Shown: piece by piece, positions 19,675-28,741 of the stretch
Layout: each line of letters opens with the position of its first letter
Numbering within the stretch: position 1 is the first letter of the stretch
NCBI GenBank assembly: GCA_049967655.1
Contig: JBMFSH010000009.1
Coordinates: 1-64,000, forward strand
DNA length: 64,000 nt
DNA from: Acidobacteriota bacterium
GTDB taxonomy: Bacteria > Acidobacteriota > UBA4820 > DSQY01
Direction of reading: 5' to 3'
Notes under the pieces: model-generated
What the model saw: the letters and a program-made list of their open reading frames with translations, nothing else
Told to the model about the DNA's origin: nothing
Databases searched by the model: none
Position numbers and translations under genes: made by a program

Positions 19675-20724
19675 ATGGAATGCACGGAGTGCGTCCGGAT
19701 CTTCGAGGACATCGGGGCGGCGCTGAACGCACCGGTGGACACGGAGGAGCTGCTCGGGAATATCGCCCGAAGGCTGGTGGAGCGCTTTCACGTGGCCGGC
19801 TGCCTCATCCGACTGCTCAGTCGGGACCGACGGACCCTTGAAGAGCTGGCATCCTACGGGCTGAGCGAGCGGTTCCTGAGCAAGGGGCCAGTGGACCCAG
19901 AGCGGAGTGTCCATGAGGCGCTAGAGGGCAAGCTGGTGGTCATCCCCGACTGCCGCACCGATCCCAGGATTCAGTACCCTGCCGCACACATCGAGGAGGG
20001 GTTCGTTACGGTCATCAACGTGCCGCTGGCCACCCGGGGCCAGGTGGTGGGGGTGATGCGGCTCTACGCCAAGGAGGCCCGATCCTTCTCCGATCAGGAT
20101 CTGGAGGTCCTCCAGGTGGTGGCCTCGTTCTGCGCCAGCGCCGTCGTGCACGCCATGTTCCACAAGGTGCTGCGCCACATCAACAGGACGGTCCGCTCCT
20201 CGCTGGATCTCAGCGAACGCCTTCGCGCCATGGTCCAGCTCATAGCCGAGGACCTACGCATCAAGGGCTGCTTCATCCAGCTCATGGAACCCTCGGGGGT
20301 CTTTTCGCGACGCAGTTTTTCCACGGGATTGAGCCAGGAGTTCCTGGACAGGGCCACGTCGCATTCACAGGCCATCCTGGTCGACGTGCTGGCGGGATCC
20401 GTGAGCGCCGTTCTCGACGCCTCCACCGACCCGAGGATCGCCTTCGGGCAGGAGGCCGCGCGGGAGGGGGTCGCCTCCATGCTCTTCCTGCCGCTGCTCC
20501 TGGGCCAGAAGACCATGGGCCTCCTGGTTCTCTGCACCCACCGACCGTACGAACTGTCCAAGGACGAGCTTTCCCTTCTCAAGAGCATCGCAGACGAGGG
20601 CGCCCTGGCCATCCAGAACGCCCTCACCTACGCCGCCATGAAGCGGCAGTACGACACGCTCGTGGATGACTTCCGGCACTGGGTCGACCAGAGCGGGGGC
20701 ATCTTCCCGCTGACGTCCTCCTGA
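19675..20724 (+). CDS. Tandem GAF-domain protein without an output domain
   Basis: Two similar repeats (…SYGLSERFL…DPRIQY…VPL…GVMRLY and …STGLSQEFL…DPRIAF…LPL…GLLVL). GGAGG RBS. Confidence 0.8.
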   Translation: MECTECVRIFEDIGAALNAPVDTEELLGNIARRLVERFHVAGCLIRLLSRDRRTLEELASYGLSERFLSKGPVDPERSVHEALEGKLVVIPDCRTDPRIQYPAAHIEEGFVTVINVPLATRGQVVGVMRLYAKEARSFSDQDLEVLQVVASFCASAVVHAMFHKVLRHINRTVRSSLDLSERLRAMVQLIAEDLRIKGCFIQLMEPSGVFSRRSFSTGLSQEFLDRATSHSQAILVDVLAGSVSAVLDASTDPRIAFGQEAAREGVASMLFLPLLLGQKTMGLLVLCTHRPYELSKDELSLLKSIADEGALAIQNALTYAAMKRQYDTLVDDFRHWVDQSGGIFPLTSS

Positions 20725-20760
20725 GCCGCTGCGCGAGCGCGAACCCCGGCCACGGCAGAG

Positions 20761-20795
20761 GCCGCCTCCCCCGAAAGGAGGGGAGGCGGCTTTTT
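20761..20795 (+). terminator. Rho-independent terminator
   Basis: Stem gccgcctcccc / ggggaggcggc followed by ttttt, downstream of the GAF gene. Confidence 0.8.
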
Positions 20796-20932
20796 GCGCT
20801 CCGGCTTGCGGCCGGCGAAGTGCCGTGCCGGAGTGGCCGCGCGTGAGGGCCTCCCGGGCCGGCCCGGCCGGCGGCAGTCCCGATGCCCTCCGATGCCTCA
20901 GATTTCGGGGGCGGGTGTCCCGAGCGCTCTGG

Positions 20933-21319
20933 CTATCGGCAGCCGTTCCGGACGCGGCCTGACCGGCCGGTCAGGTCGGCGAGGAGCGGGCTCTGCCTTC
21001 CGACTTCGTCGAGGAGCTCGCCGACCCGGATCGAGGGAATGAGGGCGAGCTCCTCCGGCCGGCACTGGGAGGGCAGGTCGAAGTCGATCCAGTGACGGTA
21101 GCATTTGGGCTTCCACTCGAAATCCCGGGGGCCGCCCTCCCGCTGGAAGAGGGTCCACACGAAGGCGCGCGCAACCTCGCGGCCCCAGCGCAGAGCCTCC
21201 TCCTCGTCGCTCGCCTCGATGAAGAGGGCCTTCGATTCCTCCTCCTCCCATCCGTACATGGGATTGGTGGCGAGCTCGTCCGGCGTCTCGTAGCAGAAGA
21301 CAAACAGGAATCTCGGCAT
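20933..21319 (-). CDS. Hypothetical protein (128 aa, acidic)
   Basis: GGAGG RBS before MPRFLFVFCYE and a globular, non-shadow amino-acid composition. Confidence 0.6.
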   Translation of the reverse strand: MPRFLFVFCYETPDELATNPMYGWEEEESKALFIEASDEEEALRWGREVARAFVWTLFQREGGPRDFEWKPKCYRHWIDFDLPSQCRPEELALIPSIRVGELLDEVGRQSPLLADLTGRSGRVRNGCR

Positions 21320-21524
21320 GGCTTCCTCCCGATCAGCTGGGGACCCGGCTCCTCGACGCGGGGAAGCATCCATAAAGGGATCGGGACTCCGATTGGATCA
21401 TGCTTGCCTCATCTTTCGTCCGCGCGTCGCACCCGTGACGGTTTGGCAACACGGCTCCTCCCCGCGCGGCCGCCTTACGCGAGGGCACCGTTCGTCGTAG
21501 AATGGGCGAGGAGGACACGGCCCC

Positions 21525-22607
21525 GTGCGAAAGAGAGGAACCTTCGGGCCCACGCTCGCGGCGGCGTTGCTCGCCTCGCTGCTGCTTCTTCCCACCCGGG
21601 GGCAGCCGGCTCCTGGCGGCACGCCGGCCGATGGGAAGATCTTCCGGATCCTGGACCTCATCAGCAAGAAGATCGACGCCTCAGTGGTTTTCAGCGGGAT
21701 CATCCCCCGCTCGGTGGCCGTCACGCGGAATCAGGAAGGGGCGTGCGCCATCTGCATCAACTGCCCGCGGGAGGCGGACGCCCGCGGAACCGATGCGCCC
21801 AAAACCGGGACTCCCGGCCCCGGCGCCCCGGCTGCGCCCGCCGGGAGCGGCGCGGAGGCTCCGTCGGGTCAGCTCCTCGTGTGCGACCTCTCCTCTCTCT
21901 GGAACCCGCGCTTCATGGACGGAAGCTTCACGTACGCCAACGACGCCGGATACGACGAGGACGGAGGGCGTTACGAGGTCTTTCCCGCGGCGGGGTCCGA
22001 CACCACCACCTGCCTCCTGGGCAAGCTCCTCTTTCTCGCCGGTCGCGGGCCGGCAGGGAGCGCCCTCCGCTCACCCCAGGATCTCTCCTTCCAGATCGCC
22101 TTCCGGCGCTGGGGAGCCACCTACCTGGCGCCCATCGGGGGCAGCCAGCAGGCCCCCCGGAAATTCAGGGAGGGCGATCCCGGGGCGCGGGAGGCCAAAG
22201 AGCAGGCCGAGCGGCACTTTGACGAGTCCCCCCGCTGGGAGGAGCGCTACCGCACCGCCTGGGCGTTCCGAAACGGCGCGACGGACAACGCCCTGTTGGA
22301 CGCCGTGGCCCTGTTTGCCTCGGACGGGAACGAATTCCTGATGGCCATCGACCTGCGCAAGCTGGAGTCGCCGCAGGCCACCTACTTCTGGGCCCCCTAC
22401 CACTACTACCAGAGCATCCACCTCGACCGCCACACCCTCGCCGTCGAGGGGGACACCGAGGCGGGGGCGGGCGGCTATCAGCCCGCCACCACCATCGAAT
22501 ACCCTTACGCCGTGGTGATTGGGCAGTACGCCAGGCTCCGGCTCACCAGCCCCACGGGAGCGCCGGAGGTGCTCCTGGTGGTGGGGCCCTGCCAGGAGTG
22601 CCCTTAG
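21525..22607 (+). CDS. Hypothetical exported protein
   Basis: GAGGAGG RBS, signal-peptide-like N-terminus, strong GC3 bias, and Cys motifs CAICINC and C-terminal CQEC. Confidence 0.65.
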   Translation: MRKRGTFGPTLAAALLASLLLLPTRGQPAPGGTPADGKIFRILDLISKKIDASVVFSGIIPRSVAVTRNQEGACAICINCPREADARGTDAPKTGTPGPGAPAAPAGSGAEAPSGQLLVCDLSSLWNPRFMDGSFTYANDAGYDEDGGRYEVFPAAGSDTTTCLLGKLLFLAGRGPAGSALRSPQDLSFQIAFRRWGATYLAPIGGSQQAPRKFREGDPGAREAKEQAERHFDESPRWEERYRTAWAFRNGATDNALLDAVALFASDGNEFLMAIDLRKLESPQATYFWAPYHYYQSIHLDRHTLAVEGDTEAGAGGYQPATTIEYPYAVVIGQYARLRLTSPTGAPEVLLVVGPCQECP

Positions 22608-22848
22608 CCCGCCGGGCCGGACGGACGGCCACCACCGCCTGTGACCGGCGTCACACTGCACGGTCTCATGGGCGCAGCCGATCGCCGACTTTTCGGGGCG
22701 GCGCCTTGAAACGTAAGCCGAGGGGGTATTTACCCTCTCTCTCCGTGGGCACTCTCCGCTTCGGCGCAGCCCCCGCACTCGCCCTGAAACCTTTATTTCG
22801 CGGCTTTTTCGTGCTAGGATGACGCTTAGCTTCGGAGATTGCGGTCTC

Positions 22849-23412
22849 ATGGATGACGGGTTGGGCGGACGGCTGGATGCGGGGCTTCGAGAGCGCCTCC
22901 GGAGAGTGCGGCTGCTCCTGCTGGACGTGGATGGCGTGCTCACCGACGGCGGCCTATTCTACGGATCCGACGATGCCGAGATGAAGCGATTTGACGTGAA
23001 GGACGGGGCCGGCATGTTTTTGGCCGGGAAGTTCGGGCTCGAGGTGGGTATTCTCACCGGCAAGAGCTCCCCCATGGTGGCCAAGAGGGCCCAGGAACTG
23101 GGCATCACCCGCGTGGTACAGGGAGCCCTGGACAAGGTGCCCGCCCTCGAGGCGATCCTGGGCGATGGGCGTTACTCTCTCGGCGAGATGGCTTATGTTG
23201 GGGACGACGTGCTGGACCTGCCGGTCATCCGGAGGGCGGGCTTCTCGGCCTGCCCCGCCGATGCACATCCCCTGGTGCGGGAGCGGGTGGACTACGTCTG
23301 CGAGCACCGGGGAGGTTCGGGCGCCGTTCGGGAAGTGATCGATCTGATCCTAGCCGCCCAGGGCAAGTGGCGCCTCGTCCTGGAACAGTACTGGGAGGAC
23401 GCGCATGCATAA
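22849..23412 (+). CDS. kdsC: KDO 8-phosphate phosphatase (HAD)
   Basis: LLDVDGVLTDG, FDVKDG, YVGDDVLD, PADA and GGSGAVREVID. Confidence 0.93.
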   Translation: MDDGLGGRLDAGLRERLRRVRLLLLDVDGVLTDGGLFYGSDDAEMKRFDVKDGAGMFLAGKFGLEVGILTGKSSPMVAKRAQELGITRVVQGALDKVPALEAILGDGRYSLGEMAYVGDDVLDLPVIRRAGFSACPADAHPLVRERVDYVCEHRGGSGAVREVIDLILAAQGKWRLVLEQYWEDAHA

Positions 23413-23755
23413 TCTCTTGAGCACCCTGAAGTGGACCCTGATCACCGCCATGATCCTCCTCTGGCTCGGCCTCTGCCTCATGAACCGGGAGGAGGTCTGT
23501 TCGCTGGTGATCATCCCCGGCTACCTCGCCTTCCAGCGGGTTCCCCTCTCCGTGACGCTCATTTTCCCCCTGCTGGTGGCCTTCGTGGTCTTCACGGTGG
23601 TGGGCATGCTGGATCAGGTGGACCACTTCCTGCAGGCCCGTGAGCTCAAGAAGCGCATCCGGGACCTTGAGCAGGAGGTGACCCAGCTCCGCAACCTGCC
23701 CATCCGCGAGAGCCTCCTCAGCCAGCGCACCCTGCAGGAGGAGAACAGGACGTGA
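23405..23755 (+). CDS. lapA: LapA family lipopolysaccharide assembly protein
   Basis: Two TM helices with the conserved N, then a coiled coil (ELKKRIRDLEQEVTQLRNLP). Lies directly upstream of the lapB-like gene. Confidence 0.7.
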   Translation: MHNLLSTLKWTLITAMILLWLGLCLMNREEVCSLVIIPGYLAFQRVPLSVTLIFPLLVAFVVFTVVGMLDQVDHFLQARELKKRIRDLEQEVTQLRNLPIRESLLSQRTLQEENRT

Positions 23756-24924
23756 TAGCAACGGCCGGAGAGCAGTGGGTCGTCGTCCTCATCATCCTGG
23801 TCTTTCTCTTCGGGCTGTTTTTGGGCGCGCGCCTTCCCATGCCCCGCAGGAAAGGGCGCGGCGACCGTGATGCCCGGCAATCCCCCGGCTACATCCGCGG
23901 CATGTACGCCATGCTCACGGGAGACGTGGAGACCGCCATCGAAAACCTCTCGAAGGTGGTGGAACTCTCCTCCGATCCCATCGAGGTCTACCTGGTCCTG
24001 GGCAACCTCTACCGCCAACGCGGCCAGATCGACAGGGCCATTCGCGTGCACCAGTCCCTGCTGACGCGCGCCGGCCTCTCCGAGGAGGATCGGGTCCTGG
24101 CTCTCAACGCCCTCGGCATGGACTTCCGCACGGGCGGCCTCATGGACCGCTCCATGAAGACCTTCCGGGAGTCGCTGGCGCTCAGTCCCAAGGACCCCGA
24201 CGCCCTGGCCCATTTGGTCAAGCTCTCCGAGGACCTGGGTGAATGGGGCGATGCCTACGATTACGCGGTCCGACTGCACAAGGTGCGCCGCCACCGCGAT
24301 CCCAGCACCCAGTCCTACCTCCTGGCCCAAAAAGCCCAGCGTTTGGCCGAGGGCGGGATGCACCTGCGGGCCGCCTGGGACCTGCACCGCGCCATCCGCC
24401 TCTACCCCGAGAACATGATGGCCTACATCTTCCTGGCACGCCTGCGGCTCAAGGTGGGCAAGCCGGAGAAGGCCAGGCGGGTCCTCCAGAAGGCCCTCAG
24501 GGCCATTCCCCACAAATCCTTCATGGTGCTCGGCCTTCTCAAGGAGGTCTCCCTCCAGACCCAGGATGCGGCGGGGTACATGCAGACCCTCCATTCCCTC
24601 GCCGAGGAGCACCACCAGAAGCGCGCCATGCTCCAGCTCCTGCAGGAGTATCTGGACCTCAAGCGGAGGGACCAGGTCATGCCCCTCGTGCGAGAGCTGG
24701 TGAAGCACTTCGGGCGGTCCCGCCTGGTGCAGAGAACCCTGTGGGACCTCGTTCGCAGGGGCCTGCTCACCCAGGAGGAGCAGGATGAGCTCACGGCCAC
24801 GCTGGCCGCCAGCGACCAGATGATGGACCACTTCAACTGCATCTACTGCGGCTACAAGACACTCGAAATCCTCCACCGCTGCCCCAACTGCAAGGAGTGG
24901 CACTCCTTCGCCGATGCGGAGTGA
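23752..24924 (+). CDS. lapB: LPS assembly protein B (TM + TPR + rubredoxin)
   Basis: LGNLYRQRGQIDRAIRVHQSL, LGMDF..GGLMDR, TPRs, and C-terminal CIYCG...CPNCKEW. Confidence 0.85.
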   Translation: MIATAGEQWVVVLIILVFLFGLFLGARLPMPRRKGRGDRDARQSPGYIRGMYAMLTGDVETAIENLSKVVELSSDPIEVYLVLGNLYRQRGQIDRAIRVHQSLLTRAGLSEEDRVLALNALGMDFRTGGLMDRSMKTFRESLALSPKDPDALAHLVKLSEDLGEWGDAYDYAVRLHKVRRHRDPSTQSYLLAQKAQRLAEGGMHLRAAWDLHRAIRLYPENMMAYIFLARLRLKVGKPEKARRVLQKALRAIPHKSFMVLGLLKEVSLQTQDAAGYMQTLHSLAEEHHQKRAMLQLLQEYLDLKRRDQVMPLVRELVKHFGRSRLVQRTLWDLVRRGLLTQEEQDELTATLAASDQMMDHFNCIYCGYKTLEILHRCPNCKEWHSFADAE

Positions 24925-24988
24925 GGAGATGGGAGCAAAGTACCGGGGAGACGGGGAGCAGGGGCTTCGCCACACGCCCCCAATGCTC

Positions 24989-25046
24989 AATAGCTTATGA
25001 TAGCTTAATAGCTTAATTGCCTACTAACCTACTAGCTTCATCGCCT
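24989..25046. repeat. Octamer array (aatagctt family)
   Basis: aatagctt atgatagctt aatagctt aattgcct actaacct actagctt catcgcct. Confidence 0.7.
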
Positions 25047-25084
25047 GGTCTTTTCATCGCTCCAGGTCAGAGGGAACGGGAACC

Positions 25085-25357
25085 ATGAGAGGAAGTGGTT
25101 TTCATTCGATGGCCGAGTTGGCCAGGGGTCTCAGGGAGGACAAGAGGCTGCCCGGCGACGTGGCCCAGCGCCTCGCCAGCGCCTTCAGCCTGCCCGCGGT
25201 CGCGCTCAAGGTGCGCCAAGACGGCGGCACTCTGGTGCTCTCCACCGCCGACAAGACCGTCCGCTTCGCCCTCGCGGGCATGGAGGGGAGCCTCCTGAGG
25301 TGGCTGTCGGAAGAGGGTTACTCGGAAATCAGGAGCGTGCGATGGTCTGCGGGATGA
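25085..25357 (+). CDS. Small hypothetical protein, possibly DciA/DUF721-like
   Basis: 90 aa. The stop overlaps the nadC start (ATGA). The pattern GTLVL...L...LL..L...IRSVRW loosely resembles DUF721. Confidence 0.5.
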   Translation: MRGSGFHSMAELARGLREDKRLPGDVAQRLASAFSLPAVALKVRQDGGTLVLSTADKTVRFALAGMEGSLLRWLSEEGYSEIRSVRWSAG

Positions 25358-26181
25358 GAGCGGAGGAGCTGGACCGGTTGCTCCTCGCGGCGCTTCGCGA
25401 AGACGCTCCCTTCGGCGACAAGACGACCGAGGCGCTCGGCATCGAGAAGGAGGCCTCGGCCGTCCTTCTGGCCAAACAGCAGCTCGTCCTGGCCGGCCTT
25501 CCGGCGGCCCTGCGCACCTTCACCCTGGCCGATTCCGCCTGCCGCACCCACGTCGCGTGCGATGAGGGGGCCGCGGTGGCGCCACGGACCACGATCGCCG
25601 CGGTGCGCGGCCCGCTGGCCGCCATCCTGCTGGCCGAGCGCACGGCCCTGAATCTTCTCCAGCGGCTCTCGGGCGTGGCCACGCAGACCCGCCTCGCCGT
25701 GGAGGCCGTGGCGGGCACAGGCGCGCGCATCCTGGACACGAGGAAGACGACCCCCGGCCTGCGCGCCCTCGAGAAGTACGCCGTCCGGATCGGCGGCGGG
25801 GTGAACCACCGCATGGGCCTTTCCGACGGGATCCTGCTCAAGGACAACCACATCGCGGCCGCCGGCTCGGTCTCCGGGGCGGTGGCGCTGGCACTATCCC
25901 ATGCGGGGCCTCTGTGGAAAGTCGAGGTGGAGGTCCAGACGCTGGAGCAGTTCCGCGAGGCCGTGTCCGCCGGGGCCCAGGTGATCCTCCTGGACAACAT
26001 GAGCATCGAGGCGATGGCGGCGGTGGTGTCGGAGCGCCCTCCCGGCCTCCTGCTGGAAGCCTCGGGGGGGATGACGCTGGACCGCCTGCCCGCCGTGGCC
26101 GCCACTGGCGTAGACTACATCTCCATGGGGGCCCTCACCCATTCGGCGCCCGCCGTGGACATCTCCCTCGAACTGGACTAA
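25354..26181 (+). CDS. nadC: Nicotinate-nucleotide pyrophosphorylase (carboxylating)
   Basis: ALREDAPFGDKT, ERTALNLLQRLSGVAT, DTRKTTPGLR, HRMGLSDGILLKDNH, LLDNM and EASGG. Confidence 0.97.
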   Translation: MRAEELDRLLLAALREDAPFGDKTTEALGIEKEASAVLLAKQQLVLAGLPAALRTFTLADSACRTHVACDEGAAVAPRTTIAAVRGPLAAILLAERTALNLLQRLSGVATQTRLAVEAVAGTGARILDTRKTTPGLRALEKYAVRIGGGVNHRMGLSDGILLKDNHIAAAGSVSGAVALALSHAGPLWKVEVEVQTLEQFREAVSAGAQVILLDNMSIEAMAAVVSERPPGLLLEASGGMTLDRLPAVAATGVDYISMGALTHSAPAVDISLELD

Positions 26182-26184
26182 GCC

Positions 26185-26979
26185 ATGGACCGCGAACGGC
26201 TCCTACAGGGCTTCATCCCGACCTGGTTGGGAGGGACCCTGGAGTTGCACGGGATCCTCTCTTCGACCAACGACCGGGCCAGAGAACTCTTGGATCAGCT
26301 CGGTCCGGCGGCCCATGGGGCGGTGGTTCTGGCCGAGGGGCAGCGGTCCGGGCGGGGCCGGTTCGGCCGCCGCTGGCACTCGCCGCCCGGTCTGGGTCTT
26401 GCGCTCAGCGTCGCGCTCTGGCCGTCCACGGCGGCGGACGATTTGGCCTGCCTGCCCGTGGCGGGCTCCCTCGCGGTGCTCCGGGCGCTCCAGCGCACCG
26501 CGGAGGCCTCGCCTTCGCTCAAGTGGCCCAACGACGTTCAACTAGACGGGCGCAAGGTGGCCGGCGTCCTTCTGGAGGGCCGGTGGAACGGGGAGGCATC
26601 GGCCGGATTCGTGCTGGGCATCGGAGTGAACCTCGCCCACCGGCCCGAGGATTTTCCGCCCGAGCTTCGGGAGTCTTCCACCTCGCTCCTCGCCAGCACG
26701 GGGCGACGAATCGCCGCGGAGGAGGCCGCCGCCGCCCTGCTCACCGAACTGGGTCCTCTTCTGGAGCTCGGGCTCAACCGCCCCCCGGCGCTCCTGGAAG
26801 CCGCCTCGCCCCATTGGGGCCACCGGCCAGGAGAGTGGCTCGAGGTGAGCGCCGGCGACGACCGTTTTCGAGGGCGCTTCGTTCGGGTGGCACAGGGCGG
26901 CGCCCTGGTCGTGAGAACCGGTGACGAGGAGAGAAACGTGCGCTTCGGCGATGTCACGCGCCTGAGGAGGGCCCCATGA
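26185..26979 (+). CDS. birA: Biotin--[acetyl-CoA-carboxylase] ligase (no HTH)
   Basis: SSTND, QRSGRGRFGRRW, LKWPND, RKVAGVL and GIGVN. Confidence 0.92.
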   Translation: MDRERLLQGFIPTWLGGTLELHGILSSTNDRARELLDQLGPAAHGAVVLAEGQRSGRGRFGRRWHSPPGLGLALSVALWPSTAADDLACLPVAGSLAVLRALQRTAEASPSLKWPNDVQLDGRKVAGVLLEGRWNGEASAGFVLGIGVNLAHRPEDFPPELRESSTSLLASTGRRIAAEEAAAALLTELGPLLELGLNRPPALLEAASPHWGHRPGEWLEVSAGDDRFRGRFVRVAQGGALVVRTGDEERNVRFGDVTRLRRAP

Positions 26980-27764
26980 CGCTGGTGCTCGACGTGGGCA
27001 ACACCCATACGACGGTAGCCTTGTTCGACGGACCGGTCCTGCTGCGTTCGTGGCGCCTCTCGACGGCGCGCCACCGCACGTCGGACGAGTGGGGCGCCCT
27101 GATGAAAAACCTCTTCCACATCCACGATTTGGATATGGGCTCGGTGACCGGCATCGCCATCTCCTCCGTGGTCCCGCCGGCCGACGCTCCGCTTCGTGAG
27201 ATGTGCAGACAATACCTGGGCAAGGAGCCTCTCTTCGTGGTTCCGGGCGTCAAGACCGGCTTGCAGATCCACTATGACAACCCGACGGAAGTGGGCGCGG
27301 ACAGGGTGGTCAACGCCGTGGCCGTGCTGGCCAAGTACGCCGTTCCCGCCATCGTGGTGGATTTCGGCACGGCCACCACCTTCGACATGCTGGACGGAGA
27401 GGGTGCCTACCTCGGCGGCGTCATCGCGCCGGGGCTCGGCATCTCCTCCGAGGCGCTCTTCGAAAAGGCCGCCAAGCTTCCCAAGGTGGAGGTCGTGAAG
27501 CCCCCTCGGGTCATCGGGAAGAGCACCGTGGTGGCCATGCAGTCCGGGCTCTACTGGGGCTATATCGGCCTGGTGGAGGGTATTCTCAAGCGTATGAAGC
27601 GGGAGTTCGGTCCGGTCAAGACGGTGATCGCCACGGGGGGACTCGCCCCCGTGCTGGCCAAGGATTGCCCCTCGGTGGACCTGACCGACGAGAACCTGAC
27701 GCTGGAGGGGCTGCGCCTCCTCTACGAGAGGAACAAGGGGTGTGAGGAAATTCGCAAAGCGTGA
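26976..27764 (+). CDS. coaX: Type III pantothenate kinase
   Basis: DVGNT, SSVVP, VGADR, VDFGTATTFD, GGVIAPG and ATGG. Confidence 0.95.
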   Translation: MTLVLDVGNTHTTVALFDGPVLLRSWRLSTARHRTSDEWGALMKNLFHIHDLDMGSVTGIAISSVVPPADAPLREMCRQYLGKEPLFVVPGVKTGLQIHYDNPTEVGADRVVNAVAVLAKYAVPAIVVDFGTATTFDMLDGEGAYLGGVIAPGLGISSEALFEKAAKLPKVEVVKPPRVIGKSTVVAMQSGLYWGYIGLVEGILKRMKREFGPVKTVIATGGLAPVLAKDCPSVDLTDENLTLEGLRLLYERNKGCEEIRKA

Positions 27765-27770
27765 AGAAGG

Positions 27771-28030
27771 GATTCACCACCAAGACACCAAGGCACCAGG
27801 AAATGCGAAGGGCGAATGGCGATTTGAAAGAGACCGCCGGGCTTCCCTTCTCGGCCCGCGCTTCTGCTCTGTCTCCTGTCGCCATAAGGGCCCTAGGAGC
27901 GCTTTCCAGAGCGAGATGCCCGGTTCGCGCTCGGCGCATGGGCCTCTGGAGAGGCCTCCTACAGATATTCCGCGTCCCATGTCGTGGCCTTCTCGCCTCA
28001 CCTCACCCCTTATTTTCCACTCTCATTCCC
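27771..28030 (+). repeat. Composite intergenic repeat, copy 1: caccaag array + REP doublet + heptamer array
   Basis: gattcaccaccaagacaccaaggcaccagg, then (c)taggagcgctttccagagcg...ggcctctggagaggcctcctac (27893-27964), then cctcacc-like heptamers. An inverted homologue lies at 43392-43620. Confidence 0.7.
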
Positions 28031-28036
28031 TAAACC

Positions 28037-28741
28037 ATGGCTAACGACCTGAGAAGCTACTTCGAACGGATCGAGGAGAGCTTCTGCACCCGGCGCGGCG
28101 CCCCGCTGCTCCTCTCGCCCTTGGACTTCGAGAAGGCCGTGGAGTGGTTCGCCGCGGGCATTCCTCCGGAGGTTGTTGAGGAGGGCATCTCGGAGTACTT
28201 CTCACGCCTGGAGGCCCGGAAGGTGCCGCTCCGGCGGGCCATCTGCCTCGCCTTCGCCGAGGAGTGCGTCCTCAGGGCGAGGGAGGCTCACCGAAGGGCG
28301 GCCGTGGGCCGCAGCGCGGGCATCGAGGCCGGGGCGCCCCCGGGAGAGCGGGTAAAGGCGTTTCTGTCGGACCGCGTGGCGCGGCTGAAAGCCTTCTCGG
28401 ACGGTCCGTTCGCGGCTCGCCTGCCGGTCCTCGCCCGCCTTTGCGCCTCGGCCGCGGTGGAGCTCGAAGGCCTGCTGCCCCGCTGCGAGGAGCCCATGTC
28501 GCGATTGGAGGGCCGGCTGGCCCCGCTGGATCGTGAACTCTGCCGGCTCGTTCTCCTGGAGGCTCCCGCGGAAACGGCCGCCGCCTGGCGCCGCGAGGCG
28601 GTGCAGCGCCTCGGCTCGCTGGCTCAATCCATGGACGAGGAGGCGCGGCGGCAGACCGTGGAGAAGCTCGCCTGCCAGGCGGCGCTCCGCGAGCTGGGGT
28701 TGCCCCGCCTCTCCCTCCTCTTCATGGAGGGCGAGGGATGA
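28037..28741 (+). CDS. Conserved hypothetical protein
   Basis: N-terminal YFERIEESF..RRGAPLLLSPLD..W..AGIP motif, C-terminal LPRLSL, and ATGA coupling to prmA. Confidence 0.7.
   Translation: MANDLRSYFERIEESFCTRRGAPLLLSPLDFEKAVEWFAAGIPPEVVEEGISEYFSRLEARKVPLRRAICLAFAEECVLRAREAHRRAAVGRSAGIEAGAPPGERVKAFLSDRVARLKAFSDGPFAARLPVLARLCASAAVELEGLLPRCEEPMSRLEGRLAPLDRELCRLVLLEAPAETAAAWRREAVQRLGSLAQSMDEEARRQTVEKLACQAALRELGLPRLSLLFMEGEG

Noticed and set aside
21525..22607. CxxCxxC as a radical-SAM or ferredoxin motif
   Set aside because: The spacing is not CxxxCxxC, there is no fourth ferredoxin Cys, and the protein appears to be exported.
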